In this document: in pieces, positions 1 through 11,776 of the stretch | How the letters are laid out: each line of letters starts with the position of its first letter | How positions within the stretch are numbered: the stretch's first letter is position 1 | Assembly (NCBI RefSeq): GCF_036365525.1 | Contig: NC_090399.1 | Location: 53,910,430-53,974,429 of the forward strand | Origin: Heterodontus francisci | Lineage: Eukaryota | Direction: 5' to 3' | Length of the DNA stretch: 64,000 bases | Translations under genes and position numbers: made by a program | Notes under the pieces: model-generated | Databases searched by the model: none | What the model was told of the DNA's origin: nothing | What the model saw: only the letters and a program-made list of their open reading frames with translations

Positions 1-3000
1 GTTTAATATCTGGTTTATTCCTGTTTAATATCTGTCTTTGCACCTGTTTATTATCTGGTTTATCCCTGTTTAATATCTGTCTTTATTCCTGTTTAATATC
101 TGTCTTTGTACCTGTTTAATATCTGGTTTATTCCTGTTTAATATCTGTCTTTGTACCTGTTTAATATCTGGTTTATTCCTGTTTAATATCTGTCTTTGTA
201 CCTGTTTAATATCTGTCTTTATTCCTGTTTAATATCTGTCTTTGTACCTGTTTAATATCTGGGTTTATTCCTGTTTAATATCTGTCTTTGTACCTGTTTA
301 ATATCTGGTTTATTCCTGTTTAATATCTGTCTTTGTACCTGTTTAATATCTGCTTTATTCCTGTTTAATATCTGTCTTTGTACCTGTTTTATATCTGGGT
401 TCATTCCTCTTTATTATCTGGTTTATCCCTGTTTAACATCTGCTTTATTCCTGTTTAATATCTGTCTTTGTACCTGTTTAATATCTGGTTTATTCCTGTT
501 TAATATCTGTCTTTGTACCTGTTTAATATCTGGTTTATCCCTGTTTAATATCTGTCTTTATTCCTGTTTAATATCTGTCTTTGTACCTGTTTAATATCTG
601 GTTTATTCCTGTTTAATATCTGTCTTTGTACCTGTTTAATATCTGGTTTATCCCTGTTTATTATCTGGTTTATCCCTGTTTAATATCTGCTTTATTCCTG
701 TTTAATATCTGTCTTTGTACCTGTTTATTATCCGGTTTATCCCTGTTTAATATCTGGTTTATCCCTTTTTAATAGTTGGGTTTATTCCTGTTTTATATCT
801 GGGTTCATTCCTCTTTATTATCTGGTTTATCCCTGTATAATATCTGGTTTATCCCTGTTTAATATCTGGGTTTATCCATGTTTAATGGCTGGGTTCATTC
901 CATGCTTAATATATGGCTGTACTCCCTGTTTAATATCTGGTTTATTCCTGTTTAATATCTGTCTTTGTACCTGTTTAATATCTGGTTTATCCCTGTTTAT
1001 TATCTGGTTTATCCCTGTTTAATATCTGCTTTATTCCTGTTTAATATCTGTCTTTGTACCTGTTTATTATCTGGTTTATCCCTGTTTAATATCTGGTTTA
1101 TCCCTTTTTAATAGTTGGGTTTATTCCTGTTTTATATCTGGGTTCATTCCTCTTTATTATCTGGTTTATCCCTGTTTAATATCTGGTTTATCCCTGTTTA
1201 ATAGTTGGGTTTATTCCTGTTTTATATCTGGGTTCATTCCTCTTTATTATCTGGTTTATCCCTGTTTAATATCTGTCTTTGTACCTGTTTAATATCTGGT
1301 TTATTCCTGTTTAATATCTGTCTTTGTACATGTTTAATATCTGTCTTTATTCCTGTTTAATATCTGTCTTTGTACCTGTTTCATATCTGGGTTTATTCCT
1401 GTTTAATATCTGTCTTTGTACCTGGTTAATATCTGGTTTATTCCTGTTTAATATCTGTCTTTGTACCTGTTTAATATCTGCTTTATTCCTGTTTAATATA
1501 TGTCTTTGTACCTGTTTAATATCTGGTTTATTCCTGTTTAATATCTGTCTTTGTACCTGTTTAATATCTGCTTTATCCCTGTTTATTATCTGGTTTATGC
1601 CTGTTTAATATCTGGTTTATCCCTGTTTAATATCTGTCTTTGTACCTGTTTAATATCTGGTTTATCCCTGTTTAATATCTGGTTTATCCCTTTTTAATAG
1701 TTGGGTTTATTCCTGTTTTATATCTGGGTTCATTCCTCTTTATTATCTGGTTTATCCCTGTTTAATATCTGGTTTATCCCTGTTTAATAGTTGGGTTTAT
1801 TCCTGTTTTATATCTGGGTTCATTCCTCTTTATTATCTGGTTTATCCCTGTTTAATATCTGGTTTATTCCTGTTTAATATCTGGTTTATCCCTGTTTAAT
1901 ATCTGGTTTATCCCTGTTTAATATCTGGTTTATCCCTTTTTAATATCTGCTTTATTCCTGTTTAATATCTGTCTTTGTACCTGTTTAATATCTGGTTTAT
2001 TCCTGTTTAATATCTGTCTTTGTACCTGTTTAATATCTGGTTTATCCCTGTTTTATATCTGGTTTATCCCTGTTTAATATCTGTCTTTATTCCTGTTTAA
2101 TATCTGTCTTTGTACCTGTTTAATATCTGGTTTATTCCTGTTTAATATCTGTCTTTGTACCTGTTTAATTTCTGGTTTATCCCTGTTTAATATCTGGTTT
2201 ATCCCTGTTTAATATCTGTCTTTATTCCTGTTTAATATCTGTCTTTGTACCTGTTTAATATCTGGTTTATTCCTGTTTAATATCTGTCTTTGTACCTGTT
2301 TAATATCTGCTTTATTCCTGTTTAATATCTGTCTTTGTACCTGTTTAATATCTGGTTTATTCCTGTTTAATATCTGTCTTTGTACCTGTTTAATATCTGT
2401 CTTTATTCCTGTTTAATATCTGTCTTTGTACCTGTTTAATATCTGGTTTATTCCTGTTTAATATCTGTCTTTGTACCTGTTTAATATCTGGTTTATTCCT
2501 GTTTAATATCTGTCTTTATTCCTGTTTAATATCTGTCTTTGTACCTGTTTAATATCTGCTTTATTCCTGTTTAATATCTGTCTTTGTACCTGTTTAATAT
2601 CTGGTTTATTCCTGTTTAATATCTGTCTTTGTACCTGTTTAATATCTGGTTTATTCCTGTTTAATATCTGTCTTTGTACATGTTTAATATCTGTCTTTAT
2701 TCCTGTTTAATATCTGTCTTTGTACCTGTTTCATATCTGGGTTTATTCCTGTTTAATATCTGTCTTTGTACCTGGTTAATATCTGGTTTATTCCTGTTTA
2801 ATATCTGTCTTTGTACCTGTTTAATATCTGCTTTATTCCTGTTTAATATATGTCTTTGTACCTGTTTAATATCTGGTTTATTCCTGTTTAATATCTGTCT
2901 TTGTACCTGTTTAATATCTGCTTTATCCCTGTTTATTATCTGGTTTATGCCTGTTTAATATCTGGTTTATCCCTGTTTAATATCTGTCTTTGTACCTGTT

Positions 3001-6000
3001 TAATATCTGGTTTATTCCTGTTTAATATCTGTCTTTATTCCTGTTTAATATCTGTCTTTGTACCTGTTTAATATCTGCTTTATTCCTGTTTAATATCTGT
3101 CTTTGTACCTGTTTAATATCTGGTTTATTCCTGTTTAATATCTGTCTTTGTACCTGTTTAATATCTGGTTTATTCCTGTTTAATATCTGTCTTTGTACCT
3201 GTTTAATATCTGTCTTTATTCCTGTTTAATATCTGTCTTTGTACCTGTTTAATATCTGGGTTTATTCCTGTTTAATATCTGTCTTTGTACCTGGTTAATA
3301 TCTGGTTTATTCCTGTTTAATATCTGTCTTTGTACCTGTTTAATATCTGCTTTATTCCTGTTTAATATCTGTCTTTGTACCTGTTTAATATCTGGTTTAT
3401 TCCTGTTTAATATCTGTCTTTGTACCTGTTTAATATCTGCTTTATCCCTGTTTATTATCTGGTTTATCCCTGTTTAATATCTGGTTTATCCCTGTTTAAT
3501 ATCTGTCTTTGTACCTGTTTAATATCTGCTTTATCCCTGTTTATTATCTGGTTTATTCCTGTTTAATATCTGTCTTTGTACCTGTTTAATATCTGCTTTA
3601 TTCCTGTTTAATATCTGTCTTTGTACCTGTTTAATATCTGGTTTATTCCTGTTTAATATCTGTCTTTGTACCTGTTTAATATCTGGTTTATCCCTGTTTA
3701 ATATCTGGTTTATCCCTGTTTAATAGTTGGGTTTATTCCTGTTTTATATCTGGGTTCATTCCTCTTTATTATCTGGTTTATCCCTGTTTAACATCTGCTT
3801 TATTCCTGTTTAATATCTGTCTTTGTACCTGTTTAATATCTGGTTTATTCCTGTTTAATATCTGTCTTTGTACCTGTTTAATATCTGGTTTATCCCTGTT
3901 TAATATCTGTCTTTATTCCTGTTTAATATCTGTCTTTGTACCTGTTTAATATCTGGTTTATTCCTGTTTAATATCTGTCTTTGTACCTGTTTAATATCTG
4001 GTTTATCCCTGTTTATTATCTGGTTTATCCCTGTTTAATATCTGCTTTATTCCTGTTTAATATCTGTCTTTGTACCTGTTTATTATCTGGTTTATCCCTG
4101 TTTAATATCTGGTTTATCCCTTTTTAATAGTTGGGTTTATTCCTGTTTTATATCTGGGTTCATTCCTCTTTATTATCTGGTTTATCCCTGTTTAATATCT
4201 GGTTTATCCCTGTTTAATATCTGGGTTTATCCCTGTTTAATGGCTGGGTTCATTCCATGCTTAATATATGGCTGTACCCCCTGTTTAATATCTGGTTTAT
4301 TCCTGTTTAATATCTGTCTTTGTACCTGTTTAATATCTGGTTTATCCCTGTTTATTATCTGGTTTATCCCTGTTTAATATCTGGTTTATCCCTTTTTAAT
4401 AGTTGGGTTTATTCCTGTTTTATATCTGGGTTCATTCCTCTTTATTATCTGGTTTATCCCTGTTTAATATCTGGTTTATCCCTGTTTAATATATGTCTTT
4501 GTACCTGTTTAATATCTGGTTTATCCCTGTTTAATATCTGTCTTTGTACCTGTTTAATATCTGGTTTATCCCTGTTTAATATCTGGTTTATCCCTGTTTA
4601 ATAGTTGGGTTTATTCCTGTTTTATATCTGGGTTCATTCCTCTTTATTATCTGGTTTATCCCTGTTTAATATCTGGTTTATTCCTGTTTAATATCTGTCT
4701 TTGTACCTGTTTAATATCTGGTTTATCCCTGTTTAATATCTGTCTTTGTACCTGTTTAATATCTGGTTTATCCCTGTTTAATATCTGTCTTTGTACCTGT
4801 TTATTATCTGGTTTATCCCTGTTTAATATCTGGTTTATCCCTGTTTAATAGTTGGGTTTATCCCTGTTTAATATCTGGTTTATCCCTGTTTAATATCTGG
4901 TTTATCCCTGTTTAATAGTTGGGTTTATCCCTGTTTAATATCTGGTTTATCCCTGTTTAATATCTGGTTTATCCCTGTTTAATATCTGGTTTATCCCTGT
5001 TTAATATCTGGTTTTTCCCTTTTTAATAGTTGGGTTTATCCCTGTTTAATATCTGGTTTATCCCTGTTTAATATCTGGTTTATCCCTGTTTAATATCTAG
5101 TTTATCCCTGTTTAATATCTGGTTTATCCCTGTTTAATAGTTGGGTTTATCCCTGTTTAATATCTGGTTTATCCCTGTTTAATATCTGGTTTATCCCTGT
5201 TTAATATCTGGTTTTTCCCTTTTTAATAGTTGGGTTTATCCCTGTTTAATATCTGGTTTATCCCTGTTTAATATCTGGTTTATCCCTGTTTAATATCTGG
5301 TTTATCCCTGTTTAATATCTGGTTTATCCCTGTTTAATATCTGGTTTTTCCCTTTTTAATAGTTGGGTTTATTCCTGTTTTATATCTGGGTTCATTCCTC
5401 TTTATTATCTGGTTTATCCCTGTTTAATATCTGGTTTATCCCTGTTTAATATCTGGTTTATCCCTGTTTAATATCTGGTTTTTCCCTTTTTAATAGTTGG
5501 GTTTATTCCTGTTTTATATCTGGGTTCATTCCTCTTTATTATCTGGTTTATCCCTGTTTAATATCTGGTTTATCCCTGTTTAATATCTGGTTTATCCCTG
5601 TTTAATATCTGGTTTATCCCTGTTTAATAGTTGGGTTTATCCCTGTTTAATATCTGGTTTATCCCTGTTTAATATCTGGTTTATCCCTGTTTAATAGTTG
5701 GGTTTATCCCTGTTTAATATCTGGTTTATCCCTGTTTAATATCTGGTTTATCCCTGTTTAATATCTGGTTTATCCCTGTTTAATATCTGGTTTTTCCCTT
5801 TTTAATAGTTGGGTTTATTCCTGTATTATATCTGGGTTCATTCCTCTTTATTATCTGGTTTATCCCTGTTTAATATATGGTTTATCCCTGTTTAATATCT
5901 GGTTTATTCCTCTTTATTATCTGGTTTATCCCTGTTTAATATCTGGTTTATCCCTGTTTAATATCTGGTTTATCCCTGTCTAATATCTGGGTTTATTCCT

Positions 6001-9000
6001 GTTTAATATCTGGTTTATCCCTGTTTAATATCTGGTTTATCCCTGTTTAATATCTGGTTTTTCCCTTTTTAATAGTTGGGTTTATTCCTGTTTTATATCT
6101 GGGTTCATTCCTCTTTATTATCTGGTTTATCCCTGTTTAATATCTGGTTTTTCCCTTTTTAATAGTTGGGTTTATCCCTGTTTAATATCTGGTTTATCCC
6201 TGTTTAATATCTGGTTTATCCCTGTTTAATATCTGGTTTATCCCTGTTTAATATCTGGTTTATCCCTGTTTAATATATGGTTTATCCCTGTTTAATAACT
6301 GGTTTATCCCTGTTTAATATCTGGTTTATCCCTGTCTAATATCTGGGTTTATTCCTGTTTAATATCTGGTTTATCCCTGTTTAATATCTGGTTTATCCCT
6401 GTTTAATATCTGGTTTTTCCCTTTTTAATAGTTGGGTTTATTCCTGTTTTATATCTGGGTTCATTCCTCTTTATTATCTGGTTTATCCCTGTTTAATATC
6501 TGGTTTTTCCCTTTTTAATAGTTGGGTTTATCCCTGTTTATTATCTGGTTTATCCCTGTTTAATATCTGGTTTTTCCCTTTTTATTAGTTGGGTTTATTC
6601 CTGTTTTATATCTGGGTTCATTCCTCTTTATTATCTGGTTTATCCCTGTTTAATATCTGGTTTTTCCCTTTTTAATAGTTGGGTTTATTCCTGTATTATA
6701 TCTGGGTTCATTCCTCTTTATTATCTGGTTTATCCCTGTTTAATATCTGGTTTATTCCTCTTTATTATCTGGTTTATCCCTGTTTAATATATGGTTTATC
6801 CCTGTTTAATAACTGGTTTATCCCTGTTTAATATCTGGTTTATCCCTGTTTAATATCTGGTTTATCCCTGTTTAATATATGGTTTATCCCTGTTTAATAA
6901 CTGGTTTATCCCTGTCTAATATCTGGGTTTATTCCTGTTTAATGGCTGGGTTCATTCACTGCTTAATATATGACTGTACTCCCTGTTTAATAACTGGTTT
7001 ATTCCTCTTTATTATCTGGTTTATCCCTGTTTAATATATGGTTTATCCCTGTTTAATAACTGGTTTATCCCTGTTTAATATCTGGTTTATCCCTGTTTAA
7101 TATCTGGTTTATCCCTGTTTAATATATGGTTTATCCCTGTTTAATAACTGGTTTATCCCTGTCTAATATCTGGGTTTATTCCTGTTTAATGGCTGGGTTC
7201 ATTCACTGCTTAATATATGACTGTACTCCCTGTTTAATATCTGGTTTATCCCTGTTTAATAGTTGGGTTTATTCCTGTATTATATCTGGGTTCATTCCTC
7301 TTTATTATCTGGTTTATCCCTGTTTAATATCTGGTTTATTCCTCTTTATTATCTGGTTTATCCCTGTTTAATATATGGTTTATCCCTGTTTAATAACTGG
7401 TTTATCCCTGTCTAATATCTGGGTTTATTCCTGTTTAATGGCTGGGTTCATTCACTGCTTAATATATGACTGTACTCCCTGTTTAATAACTGGTTTATTC
7501 CTGTTTAATATCTGGTTTATTCCTGTTTAATAACTGGTTTATCCCTGTTTAATATCTGGTTTATCCCTGTTTAATAACTGGTTTATCCCTGTTTAATATC
7601 TGGTTTATCCCTGTTTAATATCTGGTTTTTCCCTTTTTAATAGTTGGGTTTATTCCTGTATTATATCTGGGTTCATTCCTCTTTATTATCTGGTTTATCC
7701 CTGTTTAATATATGGTTTATCCCTGTTTAATATCTGGTTTATCCCTGTTTAATAGTTGGGTTTATTCCTGTATTATATCTGGGTTCATTCCTCTTTATTA
7801 TCTGGTTTATCCCTGTTTAATATATGGTTTATCCCTGTTTAATATCTGGTTTATCCCTGTTTAATATCTGGTTTTTCCCTTTTTAATAGTTGGGTTTATT
7901 CCTGTATTATATCTGGGTTCATTCCTCTTTATTATCTGGTTTATCCCTGTTTAATATCTGGTTTATCCCTGTTTAATAACTGGTTTATCCCTGTTTAATA
8001 TCTGGTTTATCCCTGTTTAATATCTGGTTTTTCCCTTTTTAATAGTTGGGTTTATTCCTGTATTATATCTGGGTTCATTCCTCTTTATTATCTGGTTTAT
8101 CCCTGTTTAATATCTGGTTTTTCCCTTTTTAATAGTTGGGTTTATTCCTGTATTATATCTGGGTTCATTCCTCTTTATTATCTGGTTTATCCCTGTTTAA
8201 TATCTGGTTTATCCCTGTTTAATAACTGGTTTATCCCTGTTTAATATCTGGTTTATCCCTGTTTAATATCTGGTTTTTCCCTTTTTAATAGTTGGGTTTA
8301 TTCCTGTATTATATCTGGGTTCATTCCTCTTTATTATCTGGTTTATCCCTGTTTAATATCTGGTTTTTCCCTTTTTAATAGTTGGGTTTATTCCTGTATT
8401 ATATCTGGGTTCATTCCTCTTTATTATCTGGTTTATCCCTGTTTAATATCTGGTTTATCCCTGTTTAATATCTGGTTTATCCCTGTTTAATATCTGGTTT
8501 ATCCCTGTTTAATATCTGGTTTTTCCCTTTTTAATAGTTGGGTTTATTCCTGTATTATATCTGGGTTCATTCCTCTTTATTATCTGGTTTATCCCTGTTT
8601 AATATCTGGTTTATCCCTGTTTAATAACTGGTTTATCCCTGTTTAATATCTGGTTTATCCCTGTTTAATATCTGGTTTTTCCCTTTTTAATAGTTGGGTT
8701 TATTCCTGTATTATATCTGGGTTCATTCCTCTTTATTATCTGGTTTATCCCTGTTTAATATCTGGTTTTTCCCTTTTTAATAGTTGGGTTTATTCCTGTA
8801 TTATATCTGGGTTCATTCCTCTTTATTATCTGGTTTATCCCTGTTTAATATATGGTTTATCCCTGTTTAATATCTGGTTTATTCCTCTTTATTATCTGGT
8901 TTATCCCTGTTTAATATATGGTTTATCCCTGTTTAATAACTGGTTTATCCCTGTTTAATATCTGGTTTATCCCTGTTTAATATCTGGTTTATCCCTTTCT

Positions 9001-9807
9001 AATATCTGGGTTTATTCCTGTTTAATGGCTGGGTTCATTCACTGCTTAATATATGACTGTACTCCCTGTTTAATAACTGGTTTATTCCTGTTTAATAACT
9101 GGTTTATTCCTGTTTAATATCTGGTTTATCCCTGTTTAATATCTGGTTTATCCCTGTTTAATAACTGGTTTATCCCTGTTTAATATCTGGTTTATCCCTG
9201 TTTAATAACTGGTTTATCCCTGTTTAATATCTGGTTTATCCCTGTTTAATAACTGGTTTATCCCTGTTTAATATCTGGTTTATCCCTGTTTAATATCTGG
9301 TTTATCCCTGTTTAACATCTGGGTTTATTCATGTTTAATATCTGTTTTATCCCTGTTTAATATCAGATTTATTCCTATTTAATATCTGGTTTATTCCTCT
9401 TTAATATCTGGTTCATCCCTTTTTAATATCTGTATTTATTCATGTTTAATAATTGGGTTTATCCCTGTTTAATATCAGATTTATTCCTGTTTAATATCTG
9501 GATTATCCCTGTTTAATATCTGTGTTTATTCCTCTTTAATATCTGGGTTTGTCCCTTTTTAATATCTGTCTTTTTCCTGTTTAATAATTGGGTTTATTCC
9601 TGTTTAATATCAGATTTATTCCTGTTTAATATCTGGTTTATTCCTGTCTAAATCTGGATTATCCCTGTTTAATATTTGTGTTTATTCCTCTTTAATATCT
9701 GGGTTTGTCCCTTTTTAATATCTGTGTTTATTCCTCTTTAATATCTGGGTTTGTCCTTGTTTCATAACTGTGTTTACTCCTGTAAAATATCTGGTTTATC
9801 CCTGTTT
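1..9807. repeat. T-rich tandem satellite, 22/23-bp monomers (consensus TTTATCCCTGTTTAATATCTGG), left segment; continues beyond window start
   Basis: Direct reading: continuous head-to-tail units sharing the core CCTGTTTAATATCTG. From 1 to ~4800 the 22-mer alternates with a 23-mer (CTTTGTACCTGTTTAATATCTGT), giving a 45-bp dimer. From ~4800 to 9300 the 22-mer dominates, with recurrent variant cassettes. Units are more degenerate after ~9300. Confidence 0.97.
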
Positions 9808-10297
9808 CTTTGGCCTCCTTGTCTCGAGAGACAATGGGTAAGTGCCTGGAGGTGGTCAGTGGTTTGTGAAGCAGCGCCTGGAGTGGCTATAAAGGCCAAT
9901 ACTAGAGTGACAGACTCTTCTACAGGTGCTGCAGATAAAATTGGTTGTCGGGGCTGTTACACAGTTGGCTCTCCCCTTGCGCTTCTGTCTTTTTTCCTGC
10001 CAACTGCTAAGTCTCTTCGACTCGCCACGCTTTAGCCCCGCCTTTATGGTTGCCCGCCTGCTCTGGCGATCACTGGCAACTGACTCCCATGACTTGTGAT
10101 CAATGTCACAGGACTTCATGCCGCATTTGCAGACGTCTTTAAAGCGGAGACATGGATGGCCGGTGGGTCTGATACCAGTGGCGAGCTCGCTGTACAATGT
10201 GTCCTTGGGGATCCTGCCATCTTCCATGCGGCTCACATGACCAAGCCATCTCAAGCGCCGCTGGCTTAGTAGGGTGTATATGCTGGGAATGTTGGCT
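9808..10297 (-). mobile_element. 5'-truncated RTE-clade non-LTR retrotransposon (LINE) 3' fragment inserted in the satellite
   Basis: The minus strand translates as ANIPSIYTLLSQRRLRWLGHVSRMEDGRIPKDTLYSELATGIRPTGHPCLRFKDVCK...W...A.DR..RR, the typical RTE ORF C-terminus. It ends in a CxxC...H...C zinc-finger-like motif, followed by a ~50-nt 3'UTR ending ...GGCCAAAG(AA). Candidate TSD TGTTT at 9803-9807 and 10300-10304. Confidence 0.88.
9856..10296 (-). pseudogene. C-terminal fragment of an RTE LINE ORF (post-RT region plus zinc-finger-like tail); no endonuclease or RT core
   Basis: ORF track 9856..10254 extended upstream in frame to the truncation point; no internal stops over ~146 codons; motif RWLGHVSRM...RIPK..LY.EL..G.RP.G.P.LRFKD. 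Confidence 0.85.
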
Positions 10298-11070
10298 ATT
10301 GTTTAATATCTGGGTTTATTTCTGTTTAATATCTGGATTTATTCATGTTTAATATCTGTTTTGTCCCTGTTTAATATCTCAGTTTATTCCTGTTTAATAT
10401 CTGGGTTTATCCCTTTTTATTATCTGATTTATCCCTGTTTAATATCTGGTTTATCCCTGTTTAATATCTGGGTTTATCCCTGTTTATTATCTGATTTATC
10501 CCTGTTTAATATCTGTGTGTATCCCTGTTTAATATCTCTGTTTATTCCTGTTTAATGTCTGTGTTTATTCCTCTTTAATATCTGGTTTATCCCTCTTCAA
10601 TATCTGGGTTTATCCCTGTTTAATATCTGTTTTTATCCCTGTTTAATATCTGGTTTATCCCTTTTTAATATCTTGTTTATCCCTGTTTAATATCTGGATT
10701 TATCCCTGTTTAATATCTGTCTTTATTCCTGTTTAATATCTGGTTTATCCCTGTTTAATATCTGGTTTATCCCTCTTTAATATCTGGTTTTGTCCCTGTT
10801 TAAGATCTGGTTTATTCCTGTTTAATATCTGTGTTTATTCCTGTTTAATATCTTGTTTCTCCCTTTTAATTGCTGGGTTTATCCCTGTTTAATCCGGTTT
10901 ATTCCCATTTAATATCTGATTTATCCCTGTTTAATATCTGGTTTCTCCCTGTTAATTGCTGGGTTTATCCCCATTTAATATCGAGGTTTATTCTCTGTTT
11001 AATAAGTGGGTTTATTCCCATTTAAATATCTGGTCTGTTCCCATTTAATATCTTGATGTATTCCTGTTTA
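10298..11070. repeat. T-rich 22/23-bp satellite, right (degenerate) segment
   Basis: Same TTTATCCCTGTTTAATATCTGG units resume after the LINE and decay progressively to ~11070. Confidence 0.93.
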
Positions 11071-11118
11071 ATCATGTTTTGCTTGCAGGTTCATGCTCCC
11101 AATGAGTTCTGTTACGTC

Positions 11119-11153
11119 CTGACTCTCTCTCTCTCTCTCTCTCACACACACAG
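11119..11153 (+). promoter_or_regulatory. 3' splice site of the MHC exon: branch-point candidate CTGAC (A at 11122), pyrimidine tract, acceptor CAG (AG 11152-11153)
   Basis: CCTGAC-(CT)10-(CA)5-G|AC TTG CAC; this gives the phase-1 junction expected for MHC domain exons. Confidence 0.8.
11123..11152. repeat. Compound microsatellite (CT)10(CA)5
   Basis: Direct reading of 11123-11152. Confidence 0.95.
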
Positions 11154-11402
11154 ACTTGCACCGAAACTTCCAGCATTTTATGGTGCAGGAGCGCAGCCCG
11201 GATAAGCAGTTTGATCTGGAGGAGGATGGGGATGAGGTTTTCTACATGGATTTCGATCTGCAGAAGGAAGTGGCGCGGATTCCTCATTTCCAGAACCTCG
11301 CAATGCGGGGAGGAGAGGCAGTGATCTCATCCCAAATTTCTGTCATGAAACAGAATTTAAATGTTTGCAAGAAGGAGTCAGGTGGGACCCTGGAACCAAA
11401 AG
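11154..11402 (+). CDS. MHC class II alpha chain, alpha-1 domain exon (exon 2), chondrichthyan type; internal exon only
   Basis: 249 bp, open, phase 1 at both ends (CAG|AC ... AAA G|GTAAGA). Translation xLHRNFQHFMVQERSPDKQFDLEEDGDEVFYMDFDLQKEVARIPHFQNLAMRGGEAVISSQISVMKQNLNVCKKESGGTLEPK. It has the class II alpha-1 signature DGDE.FY.DF...E...R.P.F and K.NL, and closely resembles my recollection of shark class II alpha chains (VQ.RSP.K.FD..EDGDE.FYMDF.L.KEVARIP.F...GGEA.IS...SGGT.EPK). Length matches class II A exon 2. Locus or lineage cannot be assigned by eye. Confidence 0.93.
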
Positions 11403-11408
11403 GTAAGA
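11403..11408 (+). promoter_or_regulatory. 5' splice donor GTAAGA of the MHC exon
   Basis: AAG|GTAAGA is a near-consensus donor exactly where alpha-1 homology ends (EPK). Confidence 0.88.
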
Positions 11409-11662
11409 GACTGGGGCCTCTTCCCAAGCAATTTGGATTGGGAAGAGAGTTTAAGTATTGCTCCATGGGAAGATTTTGACAGGGAGCAGGTTTCAGGCAA
11501 TGGGAGAGAGTGAACGTCAAACACACACTGTGCTATTTGTTGAATTGCCACCTACCTGCACAGACTGGGAGCGGGCAGCTTGCCCACGGCCTGGGCAGGA
11601 TATCAGTTTCATCTTCAGAGGTCAAATTAAAGTATAAAGGGAGGATACATTCACTGCTGCCA

Positions 11663-11776
11663 ATGAATTGCAAGGCTGTTCCCAGGATTACTGACACTTC
11701 CCTGGAGGCCTTAGTGGAAGGTGTGAGGGAAAGGAATAACATTCTATTTCCCACTCGTGGTAATAAGATTCCCAAG
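11663..11776 (+). mobile_element. Probable degenerate PIF/Harbinger transposon relic (N-terminus of the Myb/SANT-like DNA-binding protein)
   Basis: MNCKAVPRITDTSLEALVEGVRERNNILFPTRGNKIPK resembles the Harbinger Myb-like pattern (A.PRF.D..LE.L...V..R...LFP..G...P). TATAAA at 11633 lies 30 bp before the ATG. Similarity stops before the expected W..VA helix; no TIR pair confirmed. Confidence 0.45.

Noticed and set aside
1324-10555. Hydrophobic Cys/Leu/Phe-rich ORFs (1324, 2674, 4320, 7126, 10361) resembling membrane peptides
   Set aside because: Translations of the T-rich satellite (the 45-bp dimer equals 15 codons); no coding evidence.
11077-11090. Alternative acceptor TTTTGCTTGCAG|GT as the true exon start
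   Set aside because: It is 65 nt upstream of the supported acceptor; with a phase-1 intron it reads into TGA at 11103 and is out of frame with the alpha-1 domain.
11156-11479. ORF-track call of a 107-aa single-exon protein
   Set aside because: The TTG start is internal to the exon, and residues after EPK read through the GTAAGA donor into intron; the real unit is exon 11154-11402.
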